This document shows, piece by piece, positions 9,844-19,564 of a stretch of DNA of 64,000 bases. Source of the DNA: Candidatus Omnitrophota bacterium. Lineage in GTDB: Bacteria > Omnitrophota > Gorgyraeia > JAZDFF01. How positions within the stretch are numbered: position 1 is the first letter of the stretch; every line of letters begins with the position of its first letter. Both the position numbers and the translations under genes were made by a program. The DNA is taken from contig JAZDFF010000042.1 of the NCBI GenBank assembly GCA_043808095.1, positions 137,364 through 201,363 of the forward strand, given 5' to 3'. The notes under the pieces are model-generated. The model saw only the letters and a program-made list of their open reading frames with translations. It had not been told where the DNA came from and searched no databases.

Positions 9844-10869
9844 TCAATATTTAGTTCGTAAGTATTTTTTCAAATAAATACACAATTCTTTTGCCACTAA
9901 TTTATTCCCATTTTTGTTAAAATGCGGATCTTTGGGCATCAAATAATAATCTTCAACCACTTTCTCTCTAGAGGCAAAGACTTCTGCCAAATTGATAAAA
10001 TCTATACCTTCTGATTGCGCAAAAACCCGTAATTTATGCTGTGGCCTGAGGCCATTTTTAATCTTAAATTGCTCCGGGTCAGCTAGACCAACCAGGATAA
10101 ATTTAATCTTACCATCACAGATATTCTTAATCTTTACCAAATAATCAAAACACCTATTCCATAATTTATCCTCAACAGGCGTCTCCTCTTCATCAAATAT
10201 ATTAATCTCTTCTTTAGGTACGTACGGACCGAATCTAAGTTTTATAAAATTGCACGAAATAATTTGGCGCAAGGCGTTAAATGTTGCAAAAGACCTAAGA
10301 TAGCTTTTAAAAGGCTCGAATTTGTAATGTTCCTTTAATAAATCCCTCCAAGAGTATTCCCGGCTTAATTCTATTAAATCATTGGGAAACCAAAAAAGGA
10401 TTATCATATCGGGGTTTAGATAAACTCCTCTTTCCAGTAAGTATTCGTATTCTTCACGGGTAGAATAAGCAGCATGCCCGCCATTAACCACCTCTATAGA
10501 CATACGGTCCTTCAAAGAATCATTAAGGATTTTTTCTAGTTTAAAAGCAAAGGCCTCATCATCATTGACCCTCTCTCCGAAAGCATACGAATCTCCTAAA
10601 ACCAAAATTCTATAGACTCCTTTGGGTTTCTCGATATCGATTTCTTCACCGCGCAATCCTAAAGAATTAATCTTTACGTGATACGGAAAAATAAAATCGC
10701 TCATAAAATCCTGGGAAGGTTTATAGTCACCTAATATCTTAGGATAGATTGATTCATTGACTACGTGCACGGGAACAAGCTTAAAAACACGCAGTAAAAT
10801 TTCTAACATGGCAAAAAAAACAAAAACTATTATAAAAAATGCGAAGAAATAATTTAGTTTTTTTCTCAT
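9844..10869 (-). CDS. Membrane-anchored SGNH/GDSL hydrolase (AlgX/AlgJ-like O-acyltransferase/esterase)
   Basis: N-terminal TM + EILLR, INSLGLRG, LGDSYAFG (Ser), FPND, DPHFN (DxH). Confidence 0.82.
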   Translation of the reverse strand: MRKKLNYFFAFFIIVFVFFAMLEILLRVFKLVPVHVVNESIYPKILGDYKPSQDFMSDFIFPYHVKINSLGLRGEEIDIEKPKGVYRILVLGDSYAFGERVNDDEAFAFKLEKILNDSLKDRMSIEVVNGGHAAYSTREEYEYLLERGVYLNPDMIILFWFPNDLIELSREYSWRDLLKEHYKFEPFKSYLRSFATFNALRQIISCNFIKLRFGPYVPKEEINIFDEEETPVEDKLWNRCFDYLVKIKNICDGKIKFILVGLADPEQFKIKNGLRPQHKLRVFAQSEGIDFINLAEVFASREKVVEDYYLMPKDPHFNKNGNKLVAKELCIYLKKYLRTKY

Positions 10870-10870
10870 T

Positions 10871-12121
10871 TTATATTATTTTTTTCAAAAAATCTGCGAA
10901 AGCTAAAATACCGTTTGCAGCGAAAATCAAAATAAAAGATTCAACAATCCATCGATGCCTACCGTCTAAATTGAACGATGCATGGACCAATGTCATAGTA
11001 ATTAAAAATAATATTATTAGTGTAACCGGGTAAATATCGTTTAAATTAACGTAAGCATGCCTGATTTTTTTATAAAGCCCGATTAGAAAAAACAACAATA
11101 TAAATATCCAATAAAATTTATAAATATAAAGATACGTTTTAGGATACTCCATCCCCTGCGTAGGAGTAAACCACCAAAAATATTTTATTTTTTTAAAAAA
11201 TAGACTTAGCGACCTGATGGGATGTTTTTTAATAAAATCCCTGCCCTCCTCATAGAAATATTTTTTTTGCCCGAATTCATCCATACTTAAAATTTTATAA
11301 CGGAATTGTTCGGGCGCAACATCGAAAATAAACCTATCGCCTAAAGTCTTGTTCGTACCCGTTGCATTGTCATTATAACCTAACCAAAAGGCAAGTCCGG
11401 ATTCGGTAGGTGTTAATACGATTTTATTGAAAACAAGATAATTTCTTATCCATAATGGGAACAATGTCAGTGTTATAAATACAGTTATTAATAAAACGGC
11501 TCTGTAAAATAAGACCGGGCTTACTTTGTACCTCATGAAAAATATTAGAAACACAATGGGTAAAAATAATCCGATCGCAGTGCGGGAAAGTAAAGCTAAC
11601 CCAAAAATTATTCCGCATAAAATTGAAGTTCGGTAAATATTTTTACCGTCTAAAATTTTCAAGAAAAGAAAAATTGATAAAGCATATAGAAATGTATCTA
11701 AAACTAAGGAATGCAGTCTCACTGAATAGTAAACCAAGCCTGGATGCAGGCTTACTAAAAATAGAGATAAAATAGCGATTTTCTGATTAAAGATCCTTAG
11801 CGCAATTCTGTATACCAATAAACAGGTTAAAAGAGATATAATTATCTGCAATATTTTTAAGGCAAGGAAACTATGATTGGTAAAAAAATATACCAAGGCG
11901 CATAAAAGAGGATACAAAACGATATAAGTAGCCCGATAGGGTATGCCGTAAAAATTATAATACAATCCATTGCCTTTAAGTAAATTATTTGCTATCTCTT
12001 CGTACTCCCAGGTATTAGGATGAGAAATCGGTTCCACAAAAAATAAAGCCGATAATCTTGCCATTATTGCCAGAAGAAAAACACTCATAACTAATATTCT
12101 ATTATTATTCTTTAGGTTCAT
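10871..12121 (-). CDS. GT-C fold glycosyltransferase (ArnT/PMT_2, GT39/83-like)
   Basis: Multi-TM; acidic loop WEYEEIANNLLKG after TM1, LYPLL, ALLSRT, PLWIRNY. Confidence 0.8.
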   Translation of the reverse strand: MNLKNNNRILVMSVFLLAIMARLSALFFVEPISHPNTWEYEEIANNLLKGNGLYYNFYGIPYRATYIVLYPLLCALVYFFTNHSFLALKILQIIISLLTCLLVYRIALRIFNQKIAILSLFLVSLHPGLVYYSVRLHSLVLDTFLYALSIFLFLKILDGKNIYRTSILCGIIFGLALLSRTAIGLFLPIVFLIFFMRYKVSPVLFYRAVLLITVFITLTLFPLWIRNYLVFNKIVLTPTESGLAFWLGYNDNATGTNKTLGDRFIFDVAPEQFRYKILSMDEFGQKKYFYEEGRDFIKKHPIRSLSLFFKKIKYFWWFTPTQGMEYPKTYLYIYKFYWIFILLFFLIGLYKKIRHAYVNLNDIYPVTLIILFLITMTLVHASFNLDGRHRWIVESFILIFAANGILAFADFLKKII

Positions 12122-12178
12122 TTTCTAATAATTCAATTGAACAAATGAGACATATCAAAAGAATGTGCTTTGTTTAAA

Positions 12179-12931
12179 TTACCTTATTTTTAATTTTAAA
12201 TCTAAGGTATATAAAATATATTTCCATCCTTTTTCAAGATATTCTTTAAAATTAGTTCCGGTTTTTGAAACTCCTTTTCTTCTGGGAATACAATAATAAG
12301 GTATCTCAATAATTTTATAGCCCTTCCTCCGTGCCTTATGGATAAAACCGATAAAATATTCACCGTAATCCCCGTTAATCTCAATATTATCAAAAACCTT
12401 CCTTCTTACGGCAACGAAGCCGCTAGTATAATCCTTAAATGACCATCCTAAGACAAAGGAAATAAAATAATTCATCGCCCGGCTTAAAATTACCGCAATC
12501 CAGGAATCGGCCGGTCCCCTTACGTCTCTGCCGCCTTTTGTAAATCGCGAACCGACGCTAATATCATAACCTTCGTATATCTTATTGACTAACTCAGCCA
12601 GGATGTAAGGCGGATGAGAAAAATCACAATCCATCCAGGCAACAATGCTGCCTTCTGAGGCGTTAATACCTGAACGTATGGCAGAGGCGAGTCCTTTTTG
12701 ATTCGTTCTACGAATCAATTTAATAGAATTATCTCCAGAAAAATGTTTTTGCACTATTTCCCAGGTTTTATCGGGAGAATCGTCGTCAACGACAATAAAT
12801 TCGTGGTTAGCTCCTATATGGGTGCTGATATATAGACGTGCCTCTCCAATAATATCGATAATATTTTCTCTTTCATTATAAGTAGGAAAAATTATCGAGA
12901 GTTCAGGATTATTTACGTTTTTCATCCCCAT
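12179..12931 (-). CDS. Polyprenol-phosphate glycosyltransferase (Dpm1-like GT2)
   Basis: SIIFPTYNERENI, VVDDDSPDKT, MDCDFSHPP, GSRF..GG, DYTSGF, EIPY...RRKGVSK. Confidence 0.9.
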   Translation of the reverse strand: MGMKNVNNPELSIIFPTYNERENIIDIIGEARLYISTHIGANHEFIVVDDDSPDKTWEIVQKHFSGDNSIKLIRRTNQKGLASAIRSGINASEGSIVAWMDCDFSHPPYILAELVNKIYEGYDISVGSRFTKGGRDVRGPADSWIAVILSRAMNYFISFVLGWSFKDYTSGFVAVRRKVFDNIEINGDYGEYFIGFIHKARRKGYKIIEIPYYCIPRRKGVSKTGTNFKEYLEKGWKYILYTLDLKLKIR

Positions 12932-13217
12932 CCCATCTATATCCGCACTCCACGGATACTCCTGACATTTTTTTGTCTTTTTCGTCTATAGGAAATATCT
13001 TGCAGAAAAAAGGCTGTTTATTGTATATCTGGCACTTACCATCCTTTAAATAAATACACCAAGGTTTATTCAAAAGACAGCAACGTCCACAAGCAGAACA
13101 ATTACCTTTGCGCTTGAGTAATGAATTTATTGTATAACGAGGGCGGAAATAAACAAGCCAGCGGTGTCGCATTCCGGAAAGTATAATGGTAAAGAAACCA
13201 GTCCTCTTCATACCCAT
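12909..13217 (-). CDS. Small CxxCxxCC (YkgJ-like) cysteine-cluster protein
   Basis: CSACGRCC...WCIYL...CQIY..QP..CKIFP...CGY; likely start at ATG 13217 or 13211, just after the upstream stop. Confidence 0.7.
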   Translation of the reverse strand: MGMKRTGFFTIILSGMRHRWLVYFRPRYTINSLLKRKGNCSACGRCCLLNKPWCIYLKDGKCQIYNKQPFFCKIFPIDEKDKKMSGVSVECGYRWDGDEKRK

Positions 13218-13221
13218 CTCT

Positions 13222-14643
13222 TTATGCCAGATTATATATAGCAAAAAAACCTTTTATTTGACCTTGTAACTCTGTAAGCGACCTTATGGATGCAAGCCTT
13301 CTCAAGATATAGGAAGGCCGAAGATAAAATTTTTTGTTGGCAAAATCTAAAAATTCTTTAAATTCATCTTTGGTCAAGGCTTCGGGAACAAACATTATTG
13401 CAGAATGGTCCAAGATACTGCTTTGGCTGAAATCAAATTTATAGCCATCTTTTTTAAGCATCCCGTACAGCTCAGTGCCTGGAAAAGGAACAAATTTATT
13501 AAAATGCGCATAATCGACTTTAACCCTTATTGCAAAATCCAGAGTGCGCCTCAGGCTTTCCAAAGTCTCGCCGGGAGTACCCACAATAAAATCCGCCCTT
13601 ACGCTAAGGCCGGCATTATGGGCTAGCCTCACAGCCATCTCATTTTGTTTAACCGTATTTCCTTTATTTAATAATTTAAGCATCCTATCATCGCCAGACT
13701 CTAAGCCGAAAAGGACTTGCCAGCATCCGGCTTCTTTCATCGCCTTAAACATATCTAGAGAAATATTGGTTACCTTAGTCAGACATGTCCAGGAAACTCT
13801 CAGCCTTCTCTCTTTAATTTTTGCACATAGCTCTAATACCCTTTTATGATTTAAGGTAAAGGTGTCGTCAAAAAATCTAAGTTCTTTTGCGCCAAATTTG
13901 TAAACCAATTCTTCCATCTCATCAATAACATTGCCCGCGCTGCGCTCTCTATAGGTACTGCCGAATACGCCCCGGTCGCAAAAAGTACATTTTGACGGAC
14001 AGCCTCTTGTAGTTATTAGAACGCCCAGAGGTAACTTTCTATAAGAAGCGGGCGTAGGCCGGTAGGTTGACAAAGGAGGCAACAGATGTCTTGCCGGAAA
14101 TGGTAATGTATCTAAATCTTTAATATGTTCTCTGGGGTTCGTTTTAATAATCTGCCCGTTTTTTCTGTATACAATGCCGTTGATATCATCGAGATCGGAG
14201 GTCCTTTTATCTTCCACCCTTTTCAATAATTCCAGTAAAGTCACTTCTCCTTCTCCTATAACCCCAATATCAAAACAGGGAAATTGCATAGTCTCAATCG
14301 GCATAGCGCTAAGATGTGCTCCGCCTATAATAATAGTAGTGTCCGGCAAATGTTTTTTAATATCTTCGGCACAATTTTTCATGCTCTCAAAAGCTACGGT
14401 AGTGCCGGTAAGGCCCACCACATCAGGCTTATCTTTAATTAACGTATTTATTAATTCTTTTTCCGATATCCCTATACTGCAATCGATTATCCTAACCTCA
14501 TAACCCTGCTTTTTTAAAACTGCCCCTAAATAAGCAAGGCCGAGGGCTGGTATGACATTAACTACAGATTTCATGCTTCTTGTATTACCAACCAAACAAC
14601 CGGTTGAAACAGGGGGATCTATTAAACAAATCTTTAGACTCAT
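13222..14643 (-). CDS. B12-binding domain radical SAM enzyme (#1)
   Basis: PALGLAYL, IGGAH, GEGE, LPFPARHL, RGCPSKCTFC (CxxxCxxC), FFDDTF, GLESG, PFPGTEL. Confidence 0.92.
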   Translation of the reverse strand: MSLKICLIDPPVSTGCLVGNTRSMKSVVNVIPALGLAYLGAVLKKQGYEVRIIDCSIGISEKELINTLIKDKPDVVGLTGTTVAFESMKNCAEDIKKHLPDTTIIIGGAHLSAMPIETMQFPCFDIGVIGEGEVTLLELLKRVEDKRTSDLDDINGIVYRKNGQIIKTNPREHIKDLDTLPFPARHLLPPLSTYRPTPASYRKLPLGVLITTRGCPSKCTFCDRGVFGSTYRERSAGNVIDEMEELVYKFGAKELRFFDDTFTLNHKRVLELCAKIKERRLRVSWTCLTKVTNISLDMFKAMKEAGCWQVLFGLESGDDRMLKLLNKGNTVKQNEMAVRLAHNAGLSVRADFIVGTPGETLESLRRTLDFAIRVKVDYAHFNKFVPFPGTELYGMLKKDGYKFDFSQSSILDHSAIMFVPEALTKDEFKEFLDFANKKFYLRPSYILRRLASIRSLTELQGQIKGFFAIYNLA

Positions 14644-14654
14644 AGAATATGCCT

Positions 14655-16526
14655 TTATAGATAACCTTTAAAGTAATAATAAGCTATGCTTATATACTCA
14701 TGGATTATAGCCTTGATCTGCTGGAGATTTATCTGCCTTAAAATCCTTGCGCCTCTGTTATCATATCCATCATGGGCATAAAAAGCACTCTGCGTTACAG
14801 GGGTAAATATTACCTTAATTTCTGGGGCGATTTTCTTAAACACCAAAGATGCCCGTCTCATATGATAAGGGGAACTCACCAAAAGAACTTTTCGCCAGTT
14901 ATTTTCACTGGACCTCTGTTTCAAGAAGCGGACATACTCAAAGGTATTAGCACCTCTTTCCTCCAATGAGATCGCTTTTTTGGGTATCCCTAAAGAAACC
15001 GCCAGGGTCTCCATAATATAGGGCTCCTTGTAGAAGTAGGAGAAACCCGAAACAAATATAAGATTATTCGCATAGCCGTATTTATAAAGCCTGACGCCGC
15101 GGTCAACTCTCTCCTCATATCCCTGGCCAGCCTTTCCTAATTCACCTACGCCTCCGGCAAAAACAACAATACAATCAGATTTTTCCGGCTCCTGGGATAT
15201 TTTCAAGGGGCTAGCTATAAACCAAAACAAAGGAGTATAAAATAACAATATATAAATACCTAAAACTATCGAGGTCAATCTAATCGTCTTTCTTCTTGCA
15301 GATTTATAAAATTTAATGAACCTCTCTTGCCAATTGGCGGGACCAGAAGTCTTCCGCTCAAGCTCCTGCATTAATAAATAGTCCATCTTCTCAAATCTTG
15401 CAGTCCAACTATTTATTTTAGCCGAAGCAATACGCTGATTGCTCAATTCTTTGCTATTGTTCTTAAGAGCATTCAAAATGTTAGTAACAAATTGTTCATG
15501 TGTCTTGCCGACCAAAACCAAATTATCATTTTCGGCATTAAAATTAGCCACCTCAGGCAAATCCGTAGAGACAGCTACTTTTCCCATAGCGTGGTACTCG
15601 TTTAACTTAGTCGGGAATACCGTTGTTGTATATTTGCTATTTTCATAAGGTATAATACAGACATCAAATTCGTTTATATAGCTCGGTAGACTCAAGAAGT
15701 CTTTCTTACCTAAAAGGAATACGTTCTTAAGGTCTTTTATCCTTGAAACATCAGTCTGGATAGGCCCAATTAAAACTATAGACCACTGAGGCTGAGTTTC
15801 TGCGATAAATCTTATCAATCTGAAATCAATGTGCCGATGTATTCCGCCGATATACCCAATTATAGGCTTTTTGATGGCTATTAAATCTTGCGGAGATTCC
15901 GAAGGATTATTTCTAAAATTTTCGAAAGTTTCAAACTTTACTCCGAAAGGGAAAATATAAACATTGCCATTGAGTCTTTGGCATTTGTTTTTCAAAAACT
16001 CTCCTTGTACGAATATTAAATCGCTTTTACTAATCAGCTCATTCTCGGACCTCTCCGCTTTTTTGGGGCTGTCTACCAATTCATTGAAGTCGGCTATACA
16101 ATAATAAACCAAGAATTTTCTATCTACGCTATTAATAATGTCTAGCGCCGTACCGGTAGGCAAAAATGTCCAGACAATCGGTTCGTGAAATTCCATAGCC
16201 TTCATCCATCTTCTTATCGGAACAATTAACATATATTTATTAATCCAACGCGCAATCTTTGAGTAAGGAAAAGGTAAAATGATAGGAGAATAAACATAAA
16301 GATCCTCCCTTTCCAATCTAAAGCCTTTGATACTTTTAAACCAATTGCTAACCCTTTTTCGCAATCTGTAAATGTCTCTTAAATTAGGAACGCGTATACC
16401 GGTATTTTCAATAAATAAGACTCTATTGCCGTTCTTGGCAAAAGTAGACATTATCTCCTGATGCCCCTGCCAGACAAAATCCCAATCGATGGAAGATATG
16501 CAGATAATGTTTTGGTTTTTAAGCAT
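14655..16526 (-). CDS. TuaH-like GT4 glycosyltransferase fused via a TM helix to a DUF218 (ElyC/YdcF/SanA) domain
   Basis: N: SIDWDFVWQGHQ, YYCIADF, IGYIGG, FPTKLNEY. TM: IVLGIYILLFYTPLFWF. C: DCIVVFAGG, ER...G..LY, NTFE, LVSSPYHMRRA, HEY. Confidence 0.85.
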   Translation of the reverse strand: MLKNQNIICISSIDWDFVWQGHQEIMSTFAKNGNRVLFIENTGIRVPNLRDIYRLRKRVSNWFKSIKGFRLEREDLYVYSPIILPFPYSKIARWINKYMLIVPIRRWMKAMEFHEPIVWTFLPTGTALDIINSVDRKFLVYYCIADFNELVDSPKKAERSENELISKSDLIFVQGEFLKNKCQRLNGNVYIFPFGVKFETFENFRNNPSESPQDLIAIKKPIIGYIGGIHRHIDFRLIRFIAETQPQWSIVLIGPIQTDVSRIKDLKNVFLLGKKDFLSLPSYINEFDVCIIPYENSKYTTTVFPTKLNEYHAMGKVAVSTDLPEVANFNAENDNLVLVGKTHEQFVTNILNALKNNSKELSNQRIASAKINSWTARFEKMDYLLMQELERKTSGPANWQERFIKFYKSARRKTIRLTSIVLGIYILLFYTPLFWFIASPLKISQEPEKSDCIVVFAGGVGELGKAGQGYEERVDRGVRLYKYGYANNLIFVSGFSYFYKEPYIMETLAVSLGIPKKAISLEERGANTFEYVRFLKQRSSENNWRKVLLVSSPYHMRRASLVFKKIAPEIKVIFTPVTQSAFYAHDGYDNRGARILRQINLQQIKAIIHEYISIAYYYFKGYL

Positions 16527-16562
16527 TTGTATTAGAAAATATCGGTCAATTTTATTAACATA

Positions 16563-18095
16563 TTACTCGTATACATATCTTGACTTTATCCTTAATAATT
16601 CCGCCAAGCGTTCAATTCTTTTCCTTATAATAGGGGGTAAATATAATGACAGCACATGTCCGGCCATTAGAAAAAATTGACGTATGGCATACATCGGCCT
16701 GTTCTTTATATTTGCCTTTATCTTGAAAAGGTAATTGGTCGGGAGCACTAATGTCCTATCCAGAATCAAGCGTAGGTGATCAAAGCGCGAATAAGGTATA
16801 TCTGCAAAAGTAATATCTCCAAGTACAGCTTGATCATATAAATCATCCCAATCATCATAATTTTTAATCCGCCCTTCGCTAATAAGCTGTTTATAAAAAA
16901 GCGTCCCGGGCAAAGGATAAAACTTGTGTCTAGTTATCCAATCGGGTCTAGTATTTTTTAAAAATTTTATTGAGTCAATAAAATCTTGCTCCCTCTCATG
17001 AGGAGTCCCCAAGATAAGATTGGCCGTACAGGAAATACCGAATTTTTTTGTCAATTTAATTGCCTTAAGACCGTCTTCTACCGTAGCGTTTTTATTCATC
17101 CTGAGTAATACGTCAGGCGAACCTGATTCTATTCCATATATTACATTGATACATCCGGACTCCTTAAGGACATTAAGAATATCTTCGTCTACCGTATCTG
17201 CCCTCAAGCTTACTTCATAAACTATTTTTTTATTTATTTTGCTTCTAATTAACATGTTGCATATTCCAAGAGTACGGTTTTTTTCAACTGCAAAAACAGG
17301 ATCATCAAAAAAAAGCGCTTTTATTTTATAATTTTCTATAAGATGCTGGATTTCTGCCTCGACATAATCGATACTATGCTGCCTTACGTATCTGCCTGAA
17401 TTCCAATTTCGCGATATCGAATTCTGGCAGAAGGAACACGGATTAGGGCATCCCCTTTGGGTATAAATAGTAGTCCCCGATAATAAGTTTCCCTTAATGG
17501 TTGTAGAACTTGGAGCAAAATAAAAATCGGCATTTAATAAATCCCTGGCAGGAAAAGGTAACTTATTTAAATCTTGTATTAGGGCCCTTTTTTCATTTAT
17601 TATAGTTCTTCCGCCATCATCAAAAGAAATACCTTTGATATCTCTTAAAGGATACCCCTCCACAAATTCCAACATGGTGTTCTCGCCCTCGCCGATACAA
17701 ATAGCATCGATCTCTTTGCATTGCTTAAACGACGAATACGGTTCTGCGCTTGGATGAGGCCCGCCAAGAATAATTTTTATTTTTTCGTCAAATTCCTTTA
17801 TCAACCTTGTGCATCTGTATGCATCCATAATCTGAGGAGTAGTAGCGGTAATCCCCACGAAATCAGGACTAAAATTCTCTACGTATCCATAAAGATGTTT
17901 ATCCGCAAACAAAATACTTTCCGCTGTCCTTGCTTGAAAACCAACGGCAAATTTTCTCTCATATAACTTGACTTCATGACCGAATTCTCTTAGATAAGAG
18001 GCTATGTATAGTAGGCCACAGGGAGGCTGTTTGGCAATTATATCGTTTTCCCATTGGCTATTTTGACTTAGTGGATTTATTAATAAAACTTTCAT
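16563..18095 (-). CDS. B12-binding domain radical SAM enzyme (#2)
   Basis: MKVLLINP, PCGLLYIAS, GGPHPS, GEGE, RGCPNPCSFC, GIESGS, PLPGT. Confidence 0.92.
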   Translation of the reverse strand: MKVLLINPLSQNSQWENDIIAKQPPCGLLYIASYLREFGHEVKLYERKFAVGFQARTAESILFADKHLYGYVENFSPDFVGITATTPQIMDAYRCTRLIKEFDEKIKIILGGPHPSAEPYSSFKQCKEIDAICIGEGENTMLEFVEGYPLRDIKGISFDDGGRTIINEKRALIQDLNKLPFPARDLLNADFYFAPSSTTIKGNLLSGTTIYTQRGCPNPCSFCQNSISRNWNSGRYVRQHSIDYVEAEIQHLIENYKIKALFFDDPVFAVEKNRTLGICNMLIRSKINKKIVYEVSLRADTVDEDILNVLKESGCINVIYGIESGSPDVLLRMNKNATVEDGLKAIKLTKKFGISCTANLILGTPHEREQDFIDSIKFLKNTRPDWITRHKFYPLPGTLFYKQLISEGRIKNYDDWDDLYDQAVLGDITFADIPYSRFDHLRLILDRTLVLPTNYLFKIKANIKNRPMYAIRQFFLMAGHVLSLYLPPIIRKRIERLAELLRIKSRYVYE

Positions 18096-18133
18096 ATTTT
18101 TTATAAATGCGCCTTGTTTAAAGAAAATGAATC

Positions 18134-18163
18134 ATCTTATAAAGTGTCCACTCTCAATGTCTA
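18134..18163 (-). promoter_or_regulatory. Possible sigma70-type internal promoter upstream of rSAM #2
   Basis: Minus strand TAGACA-N18-TAAGAT (or N16-TATAAG) in a 140-bp intergenic gap; AT-rich background makes a chance match plausible. Confidence 0.25.
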
Positions 18164-18235
18164 TTAACTCTAAGTAAATTTGAACTCAAGAAATACAAAC
18201 CCTGTTTCACTTTTAGTCTTAATATTTTAAATTGC

Positions 18236-19441
18236 CTAGGAATTATATTCGTTTACTTGGGTTAACTCATTATATAATCGAGCATTTTCTTTGCTTATAG
18301 TTTGTATCGAGAAATTATTTATGATTGCCTTCCTTGCATTATTCCCTACTTCATGAATGAGTTTTTCATTATGCAAGAGTTCGTTTAATTTTAAAGAGAG
18401 GTCGTCTGAATTATCCATTTCAAAAAGTAAACCGTCTTTTTTGTCTGATATCACGTAATCTGTGATACCCCTTATCCTAGTTGCTATGCAGCCTAAACCA
18501 CAGGACATCGCTTCTAAGAGTACGTTAGGCAGGCCTTCTCTTCTTGACGCTAATACGAAAATATCAGAAGCTCGATAATATTTTTCTATCTCAAGTGTCT
18601 TTTCTATCAAAAATATCTCATTATTCATATTGGATTCAGCTATAGTCAGATTGAATTTATTAACTAAATTAGAGCTAACTGCAAAGTGAGTCGGATCAGT
18701 CGAACCAATAAATATAATTGACACTCCCCTACTTTGGCTATCTCTAATTTTCTTCCAGGCTTCTAGCAACAGATTGGCGCCTTTATGTAAGGCAAAAACG
18801 CCGATAAAAAGTATTATTATATTGCTTTCCGGAAGCCCTAATGATTTTCTTAGTTCTTGCTTAATGTTATTATCATCAAGCGGAGAAAATTTCTCGACAT
18901 CGACTCCGTTAGGGATGGTTAATAATTTCCTATTTGATAATGGGCTCTTTAAGAAGGATTGAGTAATAGCCGGGCTGAGGCTTACAAAAACATCGGATTT
19001 TGAAAAGAAAAACAACAGTACCTTCCCGAATCTATTATTCCGGATAGATAAGGGATCATCATCGCCAAGTAATTGCATTGTTTGAATTATCTTCTTTTTA
19101 AATATTTTTCCAAGTACGATAAAGATTATTGCCTTGGTTGAAAAACCTTGCAAGTGCAGTATATCTACCTTCTTTTCCAACTTCATAAATATCCCAATAA
19201 ACGAGAAAAATGACCTGATCAGTGAATACGCATTGCCCAGCTTTAGCATTACCCTGAAAACCGGCACTCCTTCAATCAATCCCTCTTTTGGCAGACTATA
19301 ATCTCTACATGTTGTTATTACATAAAATGAGAATTGCTTATCCAAAGCGCGAATAAGCGTTTGAGCCTGGACTCCTCCTCCGCCGCTTATTTCTGGATAA
19401 AATGCACCAGTCAATATACAGACACCTTTAAATTTTCCCAT
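18236..19441 (-). CDS. Glycosyltransferase family 4
   Basis: FYPEISGGG, IPNGVD..KF, HKG..LL, SRREGLPNVLLEAMSCG. Confidence 0.92.
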   Translation of the reverse strand: MGKFKGVCILTGAFYPEISGGGGVQAQTLIRALDKQFSFYVITTCRDYSLPKEGLIEGVPVFRVMLKLGNAYSLIRSFFSFIGIFMKLEKKVDILHLQGFSTKAIIFIVLGKIFKKKIIQTMQLLGDDDPLSIRNNRFGKVLLFFFSKSDVFVSLSPAITQSFLKSPLSNRKLLTIPNGVDVEKFSPLDDNNIKQELRKSLGLPESNIIILFIGVFALHKGANLLLEAWKKIRDSQSRGVSIIFIGSTDPTHFAVSSNLVNKFNLTIAESNMNNEIFLIEKTLEIEKYYRASDIFVLASRREGLPNVLLEAMSCGLGCIATRIRGITDYVISDKKDGLLFEMDNSDDLSLKLNELLHNEKLIHEVGNNARKAIINNFSIQTISKENARLYNELTQVNEYNS

Positions 19442-19564
19442 ATTGTATTTTGTCTTCAGATAATTATAATCAAAAAAATTTCAAATAAATTGAAGTGCTT
19501 AAAAAATCTTAAACTTTCCAATTTGTTGTTTTGTACTTATATAAACCTACATATACGGTTAACA

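Noticed and set aside
19460-19495. Perfect TATAAT on the minus strand and a TTCAA-N5-TTGAA dyad upstream of the GT4 at 19441
   Set aside because: No -35 at proper spacing and the region is extremely AT-rich; insufficient support
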